Part shown: piece by piece, positions 19,392-28,337 of the stretch
How the letters are laid out: each line of letters begins with the position of its first letter
How positions within the stretch are numbered: the first letter of the stretch is position 1
Virus record (IMG/VR): IMGVR_UViG_3300045988_017465
Direction: 5' to 3' (one strand)
Source of the DNA: a virus
DNA: 41,918 nucleotides
Notes under the pieces: model-generated
What the model was told of the DNA's origin: nothing
What the model saw: only the letters and a program-made list of their open reading frames with translations
Databases searched by the model: none
Position numbers and translations under genes: made by a program

Positions 19392-20279
19392 TCACACCTC
19401 CGCACGCAAACTGTACAGATTTATGCTGTTTTTTTGTTGCAGGCAAAAGCCAATATACCAATCACCTGTAATATTTTCCACATCCAATTCCATTGTTTGT
19501 CTGCCTGTTTTCGTGCTAAGTTTTACACTTTTAATGCCGTTGTTTGCCTCGCTGGTATAGGCGTAACCTTTGTCGGCAGATAGTGCCAATCCAACGCCCC
19601 TGAAATTGGCGTAGTTTCCGGCATTGGTTACTGTGATGATGTCTACATCTGCAACTATCATTTTTGCGGCGCTTATATCAACCTTGGAGTTGCTAACAAC
19701 ACCGCTGCCGCCGGACGTGTTATTCAGGTTAAGGTATCCATCCGCAGGCGTTATCGTAACAGGGTATTTGGAAACCAATGGCGTACTATATCCGATGTCC
19801 GTAGGCACACCGTTCTTGACGATCCACCGAGCAACTCGGACAGTTTCCGTCTGTCCGCTGGTGGACATGTCGGCTTCTGCGCTCCAGTCTCCCGCCGTGA
19901 TTGACCATGTACCCGCATTTGGCACTACACACGCCCATGTGCCGCTGGTGTCCGGCGCAGTCAGCGTGGTGCTGCCATTCGTGGCCTTGCAGGTCAGCCC
20001 AGCCGGGTAGGTGATGTTGATTGTGGCCGAGAAAAACGTGATTTCCGCCTGGTAGTCCGCCTTGATCTCCACGGCCCTTGTTGCCGTGTCCGTGCCGTTG
20101 GTGATAGTGATTGTCCAGGTGCCTTCGGTCAGGCCTCGGAACACCACAAGGCCATTTGCCCCCACGGTCTTACTTTTGACTTTTCCGGCCTTGTTTGCCA
20201 CGGTGATAGCTACACCAGCAGGGGCGGTAATAGTCAACGTACAACCACTACCGCCTCCTGCATTTGTCATTCCGATCAT
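19392..20279 (-). CDS. Tail/baseplate accessory protein with Ig-like or carboxypeptidase-regulatory-like N-terminal repeats
   Basis: ATG at 20279 follows GAAGAGGTGA. 295 aa rich in T, G and beta-strand sequence (TLTITAPAGVAITVANKAGKVKSKTVGANGLVVFRGLTEGTWTITITNG). Confidence 0.6.
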   Translation of the reverse strand: MIGMTNAGGGSGCTLTITAPAGVAITVANKAGKVKSKTVGANGLVVFRGLTEGTWTITITNGTDTATRAVEIKADYQAEITFFSATINITYPAGLTCKATNGSTTLTAPDTSGTWACVVPNAGTWSITAGDWSAEADMSTSGQTETVRVARWIVKNGVPTDIGYSTPLVSKYPVTITPADGYLNLNNTSGGSGVVSNSKVDISAAKMIVADVDIITVTNAGNYANFRGVGLALSADKGYAYTSEANNGIKSVKLSTKTGRQTMELDVENITGDWYIGFCLQQKNSINLYSLRAEV

Positions 20280-20286
20280 ACTTTCG

Positions 20287-21231
20287 TCACCTCTTCCAGC
20301 AGATAATTGTGTCGATTGCAACCGGGGCAGACGGCTTGCTATCGGCATAGATATACACACCGCCGTTATAGCATTCCGCCACCGGGGCAAAATTGTTATC
20401 CGTCAAGGCGGCAACGCTGTACACCACGTTTGGGATCATGGACGCAATCACATTTGCAAGCGTCACCGCCGCCCGGAATGGATAATCCTGGTATGTGCTA
20501 TCCGCCACAAAGGCCGATACCGGGACGGTGGTATCCGCAAATGTCAGTTTCTTCAGCTCCACCGCCGTTCCGGCTTCCAGGTCTGCAAGTTCCTGATTGA
20601 TTGCGTCAAGCACACCCCGTGCCTGTGACGTGGTATCGTCAAGGACGGTGTTAACCTGCTCCTTTGTTTCGGACAACATTGTGCTGAACTGGCTTTGCAT
20701 TGTTCCAGTGTCAATGCCGACCTTCTCAGTCACCAGGCCGCATACGGAAGCGTCCAACCGTTCGTCCGTAATTGTTGCAGCTGTGATTTGCGTTGCACCA
20801 GCTTCTACGGAGATCCTGGCAAGGCTAATTTGCCGTACCGTGGTGCTATTGGTTAACGCCGGTACTAAAGGGACGCTTGCAGGGGTTCCCTGCAATATCT
20901 TGATTTCCGGCAAATCCGCATAGTCTTTTGTTTTCCATTCCACTATCACCCGGTCAATCCGGTTAAGCGTAGAATCAGCAGGTGCAATCGTCAATGTCAA
21001 CTTTTTTTGGGTGGTTGCCTCGGTATCATTCCACCAACACACGCCGTCTCCCTTGTCATTCGTGATCCAGCCGTTTCCATCAGATACCGTTACCGTCATG
21101 CCACCGGCGGCGGTGACGGAAGAATTCCCATCTGCCCCAAACACGCCGGAAGTACGCCCATGGAGCCAGCGCATAACATCTTCTGCGCCTTGAAATTCGT
21201 CTCTGTTGTTCGGGAAGCTTTTAATTTCCAT
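20287..21231 (-). CDS. Tail fibre / baseplate structural protein
   Basis: 314 aa. SD GAGGTGA. It sits in the distal-tail gene block; no specific family recognised. Confidence 0.6.
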   Translation of the reverse strand: MEIKSFPNNRDEFQGAEDVMRWLHGRTSGVFGADGNSSVTAAGGMTVTVSDGNGWITNDKGDGVCWWNDTEATTQKKLTLTIAPADSTLNRIDRVIVEWKTKDYADLPEIKILQGTPASVPLVPALTNSTTVRQISLARISVEAGATQITAATITDERLDASVCGLVTEKVGIDTGTMQSQFSTMLSETKEQVNTVLDDTTSQARGVLDAINQELADLEAGTAVELKKLTFADTTVPVSAFVADSTYQDYPFRAAVTLANVIASMIPNVVYSVAALTDNNFAPVAECYNGGVYIYADSKPSAPVAIDTIICWKR

Positions 21232-22282
21232 TTCTCAAAATCACCTCATCAATTGCCGTTAAAGTCGGTTCGCCTAGAACAATGCTGGTGGTTTCCCCAT
21301 TGCTGTCCAAAGTGTATTTGTACCCAGTTACCTGCGCCTGGAATGCCACGCCGAACCGGTTAGAAACGCAAGATACCGTGTCACCCAAGTCATATTTCGC
21401 CCCGAATTCATCGGGATCAATTGTCACCGAAAAGCTGGTACGTTTCAGGTATTTCCCCAGGGCAAGGGACGCTTGTTCCTTTGCCCGTTTTTCCACGGCT
21501 TTTTGGGATTCCTTTTCTTCGGCAATAACCGTGTTGCTGCACCACAGCTCCCGTCGCTCGTCGCCTTCTGCCTCGCCGACCGAAGTCTGATATTCTTTAT
21601 CGTTATACTTGTACATGATGTAGGCAGCATTTTTGAAGGTGGATTCATCCTCGTTGATGATTAAGTCTGTACAAGTGCCCTGCTCCTCCACAAACGCTAC
21701 AGCGTGTATCCCCTCAGTTCGGACAATCCCCTTGAAAATCTCAAACGTCCATTTTAAGGCTTTGCTGTCCCAAATCATTCTCCGCCCAAGTTTTCCGTAG
21801 GCCAGAACCTCCGTGACCTGATCCAGCAATTGCCCGTCGGAAATAACGCTTTCGTCATCATCTTCGGTTTCCGTGTCATCTTCCTGGAACGTCTCCGTCA
21901 GACCCTTGATGGGTGCTAGGTCAATCCGGCTCAGTCCACGCAGATTGCCGGAAATCAGACTATAGGTGTCTTCCTCGATGGTTACGATTTTTTTCTTGTT
22001 CGCAACGCACCGCTTATTCAGCAGCCATTCAGCCGTATAGCCGTTTGCGGTAATCTGCTGTTTCGTGGTGTCGCTTTTCACGTTTACCAGCACATAGGTG
22101 GTTCCCCGCACGGTGTTGTAAACGATATTTCCCGGTTTTAGGGATGCAATGGCATAATCGTCAAGTGGTTCTATGATGGATATCTTGCCGACATCGTTGT
22201 ATGCTTCCTCCATCGATATTGCGCTTGCCGCATACAGTCCATACCTGGTAGAAAAATCTGCCGGGTAAATTTCCAGGCTCAC
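21221..22282 (-). CDS. Siphovirus Gp37-like tail-tip / baseplate protein
   Basis: 353 aa. GTG start follows GGGGGTGG. Its position after Dit and its N-terminal pattern (IYPADFSTRYGLYAASAISMEEAYNDVGKISI) resemble the ReqiPepy6 Gp37-like family from memory. Confidence 0.55.
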   Translation of the reverse strand: MSLEIYPADFSTRYGLYAASAISMEEAYNDVGKISIIEPLDDYAIASLKPGNIVYNTVRGTTYVLVNVKSDTTKQQITANGYTAEWLLNKRCVANKKKIVTIEEDTYSLISGNLRGLSRIDLAPIKGLTETFQEDDTETEDDDESVISDGQLLDQVTEVLAYGKLGRRMIWDSKALKWTFEIFKGIVRTEGIHAVAFVEEQGTCTDLIINEDESTFKNAAYIMYKYNDKEYQTSVGEAEGDERRELWCSNTVIAEEKESQKAVEKRAKEQASLALGKYLKRTSFSVTIDPDEFGAKYDLGDTVSCVSNRFGVAFQAQVTGYKYTLDSNGETTSIVLGEPTLTAIDEVILRNGN

Positions 22283-23145
22283 AGCGCCACCCCCGTTTTC
22301 TCCACGGCATAATCTATGGATACCTGTAGATTGTTTTTTCCGCTAGTTGCTTCCGGCTTGATGGAGTTATCGCCCACCCTTAGCCGCCAGAACTTGGAGC
22401 CAAGGTCAAGAGCACCTCGGCATTCCCCGTCTACGGATGACGTGACGTATACCCGATCATGGGTGATTTCGACCACAAGCCGCTCACCGGCAACCATGCT
22501 TTTGTTCACCAGCAAATAGTTGTTTGTCCGTGCGTCGATGATTTGCGGATTTTCCACAACATCCAGGGCGGTAAAAGTAACCGTATACGGGATTTCCAAC
22601 TGCCCGGAGTTGTGGATAGAAATAAATTTCTTCACAACAACCTCGCCGAAACGATACGGGCGGCTTATATTCCACGGGAACTTAAAACGCTTTTCTACAC
22701 CGCTCAGGGCGGCATAAGCATTCTCGGATTTCATCCAATAGGGGTAGGGGGCAAGCAGCGAGAATTGGAATTTTGCCATTGCAGCCTTCGCCTCAATGGT
22801 CGGCGTTTCGGTAGGGCGGCACTCCAAATAGTAGTCATTACAAAACAGCTTCCCGCCCAAATCTGGGCGAACCACTTCCAGCAGACGCTCCTTTTTTTCT
22901 GCCTGTGCGCCTCCAACAATAATTCCGGAGATGTTTACCGGGCGGCTCTGCACATTGGCAGACCGGATTGTGGTTCCGGTCTGCCCGATTCCCTGCGCCT
23001 CGCTGATGGATACGGATACCGCATCAATACCGGTTGGCTTACTGATAAGATACCCGCCGTCATAGTCCAGCGTCACCTTTTCGCCATCACTATTTTCATA
23101 GACAAATGTCTTCGATAAATTGTTGTAACCCACTAGATAGCCCAC
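22279..23145 (-). CDS. Distal tail protein (Dit, Sipho_tail family)
   Basis: 288 aa, immediately after the tape measure gene. The start may be the GTG at 23133, which has better SD spacing, rather than 23145. Confidence 0.7.
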   Translation of the reverse strand: MGYLVGYNNLSKTFVYENSDGEKVTLDYDGGYLISKPTGIDAVSVSISEAQGIGQTGTTIRSANVQSRPVNISGIIVGGAQAEKKERLLEVVRPDLGGKLFCNDYYLECRPTETPTIEAKAAMAKFQFSLLAPYPYWMKSENAYAALSGVEKRFKFPWNISRPYRFGEVVVKKFISIHNSGQLEIPYTVTFTALDVVENPQIIDARTNNYLLVNKSMVAGERLVVEITHDRVYVTSSVDGECRGALDLGSKFWRLRVGDNSIKPEATSGKNNLQVSIDYAVEKTGVAL

Positions 23146-25682
23146 CTCGCTTGCTCAAACATGGCTTGTGTAGCCGCTGCCAGTTGGATCGGGGTCTGTG
23201 GCACGGACTGGATATTCTGCACGATGGTGATACCCTGACTGTTGCCCCGTTCCTTTCCTTTGCGCCATTCCTCCGCTTCCGGGGCATTCAAAATGGCCTC
23301 TCCCCGGTGGAGTGTTGCGGGCATACCGTTGTATGGCACATAATCCATGCCAATAGCACGGCCTTGCCCAGTCATAACCAGGTCGGCATATACGGTCGTA
23401 TGGACATCCCCCAAATGCGATTGCAACGCCTTTGTCATCTGCGACCCGATATCGCCCATGGTGCTCATGATTCCACTTTTGCTTGTGTCAATGCCGGAAA
23501 TAAAACTGGAAATCGTGGATGTGGCCGCTTCCATGGCTTCACCGGATTTGTCAAGCCCCTGAATGGCCTCGGCGTACTGCTCAGAAAGCGTCTGCATTTG
23601 CGCTTGGAATTCTCCGCCCATGTCGGTGAAATTCTGCGCTACGGCACTTTGGGATTCCTTCATGCCGTCCATCATGCTAGTCATGCTTTCGACAATCTTT
23701 TGCCCTTCTTCGGTAGTAGCACCGCCTACGGCTTGCAGCTTCTCCACAATCGCAGACGCATAAGCGGAACCGTCCGCCCCGTAAGATTGCAGGGCATCTC
23801 CAAGGCTGCCCAGACCGTTGTCTGCCAAATATTGCAGATTGTCCGCATACTGATTGTTGAAATCAATCTGCGACTGCATATTCTTCTGGATATCGTCAAA
23901 ACTGGTCTTGATTTTCGTGCTTGCTGCGTCAAATGGCCCGAACCAGCCTTCCACATTGGACAGCGTAGATTCGTAAGTCGCCTGATACTGCTCAAGTAGG
24001 GCAGTAGCGGCGGTGGTATATTCCTCCGTCGCAGAAGTGAACAGTTGTGCTTTTTCCTCTGCCGATAAACCGGCATTTTCTGTAGCGGTATCCGCCGCAG
24101 TAGTGGCATTGGAAAGATCGTTGTATTTTTGCTCTGCGTCGGCAAGGGCAGCTACAAGGGCATCATACTTTGGCGTTCCTGCCAGTTCATAAGATTCCGC
24201 AATCTGCTGTTTCAGATTTTCTACAGCTTGAGCCGCCTCATCTGCCGTAGAGGCAGATTCAACAATTTCACGCACCCCGCTAGCTGGATCGCCGGTTAAG
24301 TCTATCGCAAAATCCAGAAGGCCACTGGTAATCGGCTTCATAGCGTCGCCGATTTCTGCCATATGCACAGCCAGGTTGTTTTTCAGCTTTTCCCACTTGG
24401 CCTCTACCGTGTCCGTCACGGTAGCATTTGCCTTTTCCACCGCACCGGCGGATTCAGCCATCTGCCCCATGATGTCGTTCATATCGGCCAAATTGCTAGT
24501 AATAACGTTTGCGGCCTTTCCGGCTTCCTGAGAACCGAACATATCGCTCAAAGCAATTCCTGCCCTGTCCGCCTCATTTTGCAGAATCGTGAGCACATCC
24601 GTCAGAGAATAACCGGAATTCATAAGCTGCGTAAAAGACATTCCGGTTTTTTCTTTCAGAACTTTGGAAGCGGTAGTTCCGGATTTGCCCAGCTCGTTCA
24701 GCATACCACTTAAGTATGTCGTGGTTTCCGCCGTTGCGATACCGTTTTTTGTCATTACTGCGTAAGCACTGTTCAGCGTGACCATATCCACGCCGAACGC
24801 TTTTGCTGTAGGAATGACACGGCCCATTGCCTGGGCTAATTCGTCCACTGTGGTCTTGCCTAGGTTCTGGGTGGTTATCAGCATATCCGCAATGGACGTA
24901 GCGTCGGACGCTTCCAGCCCATAGGCGTTAATAGCCGTGGTCAAAATATCCACAGCGGTAGCTGCATCTGTAAAGCCGCCACGGGAAAGCTTGATCGCCT
25001 GAGTTGTGAACTGTACGGCATCTGCCTGATCGACAGAAGCGGAAATTGCCTGATATACGGCCTCGGAGAAATCAGACAGCGACACACCGGTTTCCATCGA
25101 CCCCTGCTTGATTGTCTTGAAGTAGGCATCCATGTCAGTTCCGTCAGACAGCAGGGTTTGCACCTTAGAAAAAGCGGTTTCAGCGGCGGCGGACTGCTTG
25201 ATCGCCTCCTTGCCGAAATCTACAAGTGCTTCAGCACCTTTCCGGATCAACTGCGCCTTTGTAAATTTCGGGATTAGTTCATCCAGCACACTCCCGAACT
25301 GGCTTGTAGAATTCCCGGCCTCGTCCATGGTTCCTGGGATATCCTGCATGGTAGAATCGAAAGAATCCGCTGCCGATCTGGCCTCGTCCAATGCTTTTTG
25401 GTTGGTATCCAATTTCCCAGACAGTTCCTCAATTTTCTCTGCGGCTTTTTGGGTTTTTTCGTCTCCAGCGCCAAGTGTGAGATACAGGTCGGCATAGTCT
25501 TCTTTCAATTTTGCTAGCCTGATTTTTTGCTGACCTATGGTGTCCGCCAACTTGTCGGATTCTTTCCCGAACTTTTCAAAAGCCCCGCCAGCTTTTTCCG
25601 CACCCTTGGCCACATTGTTCATGGTCTGGTCGCTTGTGCTACTGATTTTTTTCAGTCCCGCTGATGCGTTATCCTGAATCAT
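23133..25682 (-). CDS. Tail tape measure protein
   Basis: 849 aa, Ala/Gln/helix-rich, located after the G/GT chaperones. TP901-type TMP core motifs are present (GKTTVDELAQAMGRVIPTAKAFGV...). Confidence 0.9.
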   Translation of the reverse strand: MIQDNASAGLKKISSTSDQTMNNVAKGAEKAGGAFEKFGKESDKLADTIGQQKIRLAKLKEDYADLYLTLGAGDEKTQKAAEKIEELSGKLDTNQKALDEARSAADSFDSTMQDIPGTMDEAGNSTSQFGSVLDELIPKFTKAQLIRKGAEALVDFGKEAIKQSAAAETAFSKVQTLLSDGTDMDAYFKTIKQGSMETGVSLSDFSEAVYQAISASVDQADAVQFTTQAIKLSRGGFTDAATAVDILTTAINAYGLEASDATSIADMLITTQNLGKTTVDELAQAMGRVIPTAKAFGVDMVTLNSAYAVMTKNGIATAETTTYLSGMLNELGKSGTTASKVLKEKTGMSFTQLMNSGYSLTDVLTILQNEADRAGIALSDMFGSQEAGKAANVITSNLADMNDIMGQMAESAGAVEKANATVTDTVEAKWEKLKNNLAVHMAEIGDAMKPITSGLLDFAIDLTGDPASGVREIVESASTADEAAQAVENLKQQIAESYELAGTPKYDALVAALADAEQKYNDLSNATTAADTATENAGLSAEEKAQLFTSATEEYTTAATALLEQYQATYESTLSNVEGWFGPFDAASTKIKTSFDDIQKNMQSQIDFNNQYADNLQYLADNGLGSLGDALQSYGADGSAYASAIVEKLQAVGGATTEEGQKIVESMTSMMDGMKESQSAVAQNFTDMGGEFQAQMQTLSEQYAEAIQGLDKSGEAMEAATSTISSFISGIDTSKSGIMSTMGDIGSQMTKALQSHLGDVHTTVYADLVMTGQGRAIGMDYVPYNGMPATLHRGEAILNAPEAEEWRKGKERGNSQGITIVQNIQSVPQTPIQLAAATQAMFEQARWAI

Positions 25683-25708
25683 AACGGCAATAAACAGGTC
25701 TAAAAGGT

Positions 25709-26418
25709 CTATGTGCCGTCACCTCCCATCCGTTCCAGCTTTGTACTGATATCTGCAATAATTTCCTCGCCGCCTCTGTTTTCCTCCGGCTTTGGCGGGT
25801 CAATGTAATCTATATACCGATGCCCTATGTATTTACCGCCAAAAGCTTTTGCTACGGTTTCGGTCAGCGTCATAATGGCATCGGATATATAGACACGGTA
25901 CGCTTTTTCGTCCTGCTGCTGGTTCCAGTGCTCTGAAATCATCCGCAGCATGGCAGGGAAGGGAAGTTTATCCCAAAACAGGGGATTAACCGCACCCAGA
26001 GCAAGAGCGTACCCACTTACGCCAACGCCCTGAGCGAAACGAAAAAACTCATCACGTCATCCCGTGTCAAAATCTTGTTGAACGTGACAACGGCATTCGG
26101 AACCTTTTCGCCCGCCTTCTCGACCATCCAGAAAGAATCCGTAAAATCGGCGGTTTCCTTCGGGTGCTCCAGGCACGCCTTTCTCGCCATCTCCAGGATG
26201 TATTTTTTGTTTTTGTCCCGCTTGCGCTTTGCCACTTCCGCACATTTTGCCCGGAACTGTTCGTCCGTTTCGCCCTCTTCACGGACTACAGGTGGGATTT
26301 CGTCCGCCGGGTCGTTGTCCACCTTTATAAGGGCGGAAAAAGTCTCAATTTTTCCCACAAGGGCAAAAGTTGCCGGGAGCAGCTGCTCGTTCGGCAGGTC
26401 GAAAATGAACTTTGCCAT
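25709..26418 (-). CDS. Tail assembly chaperone G-T fusion produced by a -1 programmed frameshift
   Basis: The -1 frame after TTTTTTC reads FFRFAQGVGVSGYALALGAVNPLFWDKLPFPA and runs without a stop into the track ORF 25709..25951 (MLRMISEHWNQQQDEK...). The frame arithmetic was checked. Confidence 0.75.
26017..26418 (-). CDS. Tail assembly chaperone G
   Basis: 133 aa between the major tail protein and the tape measure. An acidic, helical protein. Confidence 0.75.
   Translation of the reverse strand: MAKFIFDLPNEQLLPATFALVGKIETFSALIKVDNDPADEIPPVVREEGETDEQFRAKCAEVAKRKRDKNKKYILEMARKACLEHPKETADFTDSFWMVEKAGEKVPNAVVTFNKILTRDDVMSFFVSLRALA
26041..26047 (-). promoter_or_regulatory. Slippery heptamer U UUU UUC for the G/GT -1 frameshift
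   Basis: Minus-strand zero-frame codons are AGT TTT TTC, eight codons before the G stop. Confidence 0.75.
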
Positions 26419-26428
26419 ATTGTCCTCC

Positions 26429-27001
26429 TTATGCGGCGGTAATATCCTGATTGACGTAGAACTCCATGGGGCACTCCGTCACATTGCTGATGGAAGCATG
26501 TCCCTGAAGCTCCACAGTAACCTGGCCTTTCCCGTTTTTGGTGGTTTGCAGGGAGAAGCCAGCGGAAGACAGCACGTTTTTCAGGCAAATAGCCGCCATC
26601 CCCTTGTCTCCCATATCTCCAACCCACCAGACTGTGTCGGTAAAATCGGTCAGTTCCAAGGTGTCCTTCGGGGTAATCTTGTTTCCGGTTACGGTGGCGG
26701 GGCCAATAGACAGTTTCACGCCGTTTGCAGTCATGGTCACGGCGGTAAAGCTCATCTTGCATTCCCAACCGTCCAGCTGCTTCAGTTCCTTGGTGTTGTT
26801 GGGGACATTATCGATATCCTCGCCATCATCGGTATAGGTGGCAACACAGCTAGCCTGGATACCGCCGGTGGTCGCAAAAAGGATATCTGTATCCTGCGGT
26901 TTTGCGGGCTTGTCAGGGTTAAAATTGCTCAGGATCATGCCAGCCCCACGGGGGATGCTTTTGAAAGCGTCAGCCGCAATCTGGGTAAACATCTTTGCCA
27001 A
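26429..27001 (-). CDS. Major tail protein
   Basis: 190 aa. TTG start follows AAGGAGG. Its position and beta-rich sequence fit the phi13/TP901-type major tail pattern. Confidence 0.75.
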   Translation of the reverse strand: MAKMFTQIAADAFKSIPRGAGMILSNFNPDKPAKPQDTDILFATTGGIQASCVATYTDDGEDIDNVPNNTKELKQLDGWECKMSFTAVTMTANGVKLSIGPATVTGNKITPKDTLELTDFTDTVWWVGDMGDKGMAAICLKNVLSSAGFSLQTTKNGKGQVTVELQGHASISNVTECPMEFYVNQDITAA

Positions 27002-27015
27002 TCTCGTTTTCCTCC

Positions 27016-27393
27016 TTATGTGAAATATTCGGCGGTGATATTCAGAACCCGCCGCTTAATGGTGTTTTCCTCGTCCGGAACGGCTCGCATAAAGGGGGAG
27101 CCACGCAAAAGCCAGATATAACCGCCGTCCACATCTACGGTACAACCGCCACGGCCTATTGCCTCTCCGATTTCCGCCCCCTTTGCGGTGGGAATTGTCT
27201 CGGATTCCGTCTTATACCAGATGTTTACAGTCAGATTTACGGGCATCTCCCCGAAAATGGCCGTAGCGAACGAGTATGTCATATATGGCATTTCCTGCTT
27301 ATCCGGGACAGATGTCTCCGAGAAAGCAGGAATGCCGAAACCGTTGAAAAATTGGTGAAGTGCTTTGTCTGCCGTCAATTGCTCAGCACCCAC
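27016..27393 (-). CDS. Tail terminator / tail completion protein (DUF3168-like)
   Basis: 125 aa, located directly before the major tail protein. The start is uncertain (GTG 27393 or TTG 27378). Confidence 0.55.
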   Translation of the reverse strand: MGAEQLTADKALHQFFNGFGIPAFSETSVPDKQEMPYMTYSFATAIFGEMPVNLTVNIWYKTESETIPTAKGAEIGEAIGRGGCTVDVDGGYIWLLRGSPFMRAVPDEENTIKRRVLNITAEYFT

Positions 27394-27728
27394 CTTTCAG
27401 CGGTCACTTGGCACATATCCAGGGTGCCAACGTCAGGTGACTGCTTGTCAGCCCCGTTGCTGGTTGCCCGAAAAATTGCGCCGTCCGACAGCCGCTTGAA
27501 AACGTCGTGGAAGGATAGGGGAGTGTTCCTTCGGGTGGTGACGGTATACACATTGGTAACACCCTCCTTTTCGGCAATCCGGCTTTGCATGGACGTGTCC
27601 AGGATAATTGCAGCGTGGAACGCCGCTCCTTCCGCCCATTCCACAATCCAACCGCTCGCCCCATCAGGTGTGCGCTTCTTTTCCATCAGGACGCAAGCAT
27701 CCTTCAGAAAATTATCTAGCATACTCAT
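27375..27728 (-). CDS. Head-tail adaptor / head closure protein (Phage_H_T_join-like)
   Basis: ATG at 27728 follows GGAGGAAAAT, with an ATGA overlap upstream. 117 aa. Assigned by position and size. Confidence 0.55.
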   Translation of the reverse strand: MSMLDNFLKDACVLMEKKRTPDGASGWIVEWAEGAAFHAAIILDTSMQSRIAEKEGVTNVYTVTTRRNTPLSFHDVFKRLSDGAIFRATSNGADKQSPDVGTLDMCQVTAERWVLSN

Positions 27729-28165
27729 ATTTTCCTCCACATCCGCAAGCGTGGCGCAAACACTGTCTTCCAGCTCATGCTTTCGCCTGTGCCGCCACTT
27801 TCGCTTGCTTTGGTGTACGAATACCCACCGAACGATTCGCTCTGATACGGACTTTGCAAAGCCTCAGCGTGTTTCTCCTGCCAGGCGTTAATTTCATCCA
27901 GCAGAATCAGCAGCTCCGTAGGGATGCAAAGCTCGGTCACGATACCGCTGTAGGTCTCGTTGCGCAAATCAGAGTTTCCGTATACATGGATACCGTTGTT
28001 TCGGCGGCTTCCTTCAATCAGGTAATAGTCTCCGTTTTCCAGGCCGGGGAGGAGCAGACGCTTCTCCGTAATATCCTCGCCGAAAAACTGCCACTTTTCC
28101 CCGGGAAAGAAATTCCGCAGGTACACAAGCAGCTCGTATAGACTTACGGGCGTTGTCTGCCCCAT
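27725..28165 (-). CDS. Head-tail connector protein (gp6-like)
   Basis: ATG at 28165 follows AAAGGAGGGGGAAAC. 146 aa. Assigned by position, between the capsid and the adaptor. Confidence 0.5.
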   Translation of the reverse strand: MGQTTPVSLYELLVYLRNFFPGEKWQFFGEDITEKRLLLPGLENGDYYLIEGSRRNNGIHVYGNSDLRNETYSGIVTELCIPTELLILLDEINAWQEKHAEALQSPYQSESFGGYSYTKASESGGTGESMSWKTVFAPRLRMWRKI

Positions 28166-28179
28166 GTTTCCCCCTCCTT

Positions 28180-28299
28180 TCACTGACCCTTAACGGCGGT
28201 CAGAATGTCCGCTTTGTTCATTGCGGCACTGACTCCGGAAATACCATTTTCCTTGGCGTATTCCAAAAGCTGGGCTTTCGTCATGCCGTCAAAGTCCAC
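28180..28299 (-). CDS. Rho_N/SAP-like (HeH) small ORF: either an independent gene or a -1 frameshift extension of the capsid protein
   Basis: MTKAQLLEYAKENGISGVSAAMNKADILTAVKGQ resembles the Rho N-terminal / SAP motif. Neither the GTG at 28299 nor the ATG at 28284 has a convincing SD, and the frame is open upstream through the capsid stop. Confidence 0.4.
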   Translation of the reverse strand: MDFDGMTKAQLLEYAKENGISGVSAAMNKADILTAVKGQ

Positions 28300-28337
28300 G
28301 TTTCCCGGTGCGGTGTTATCAGTGGTCAGGGCCGCTT

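Noticed and set aside
17094-23145. A diversity-generating retroelement or other targeted hypervariation in the tail-fibre genes
   Set aside because: No reverse-transcriptase ORF exists anywhere in the window. By eye I saw no template/variable repeat pair near the fibre C-termini.
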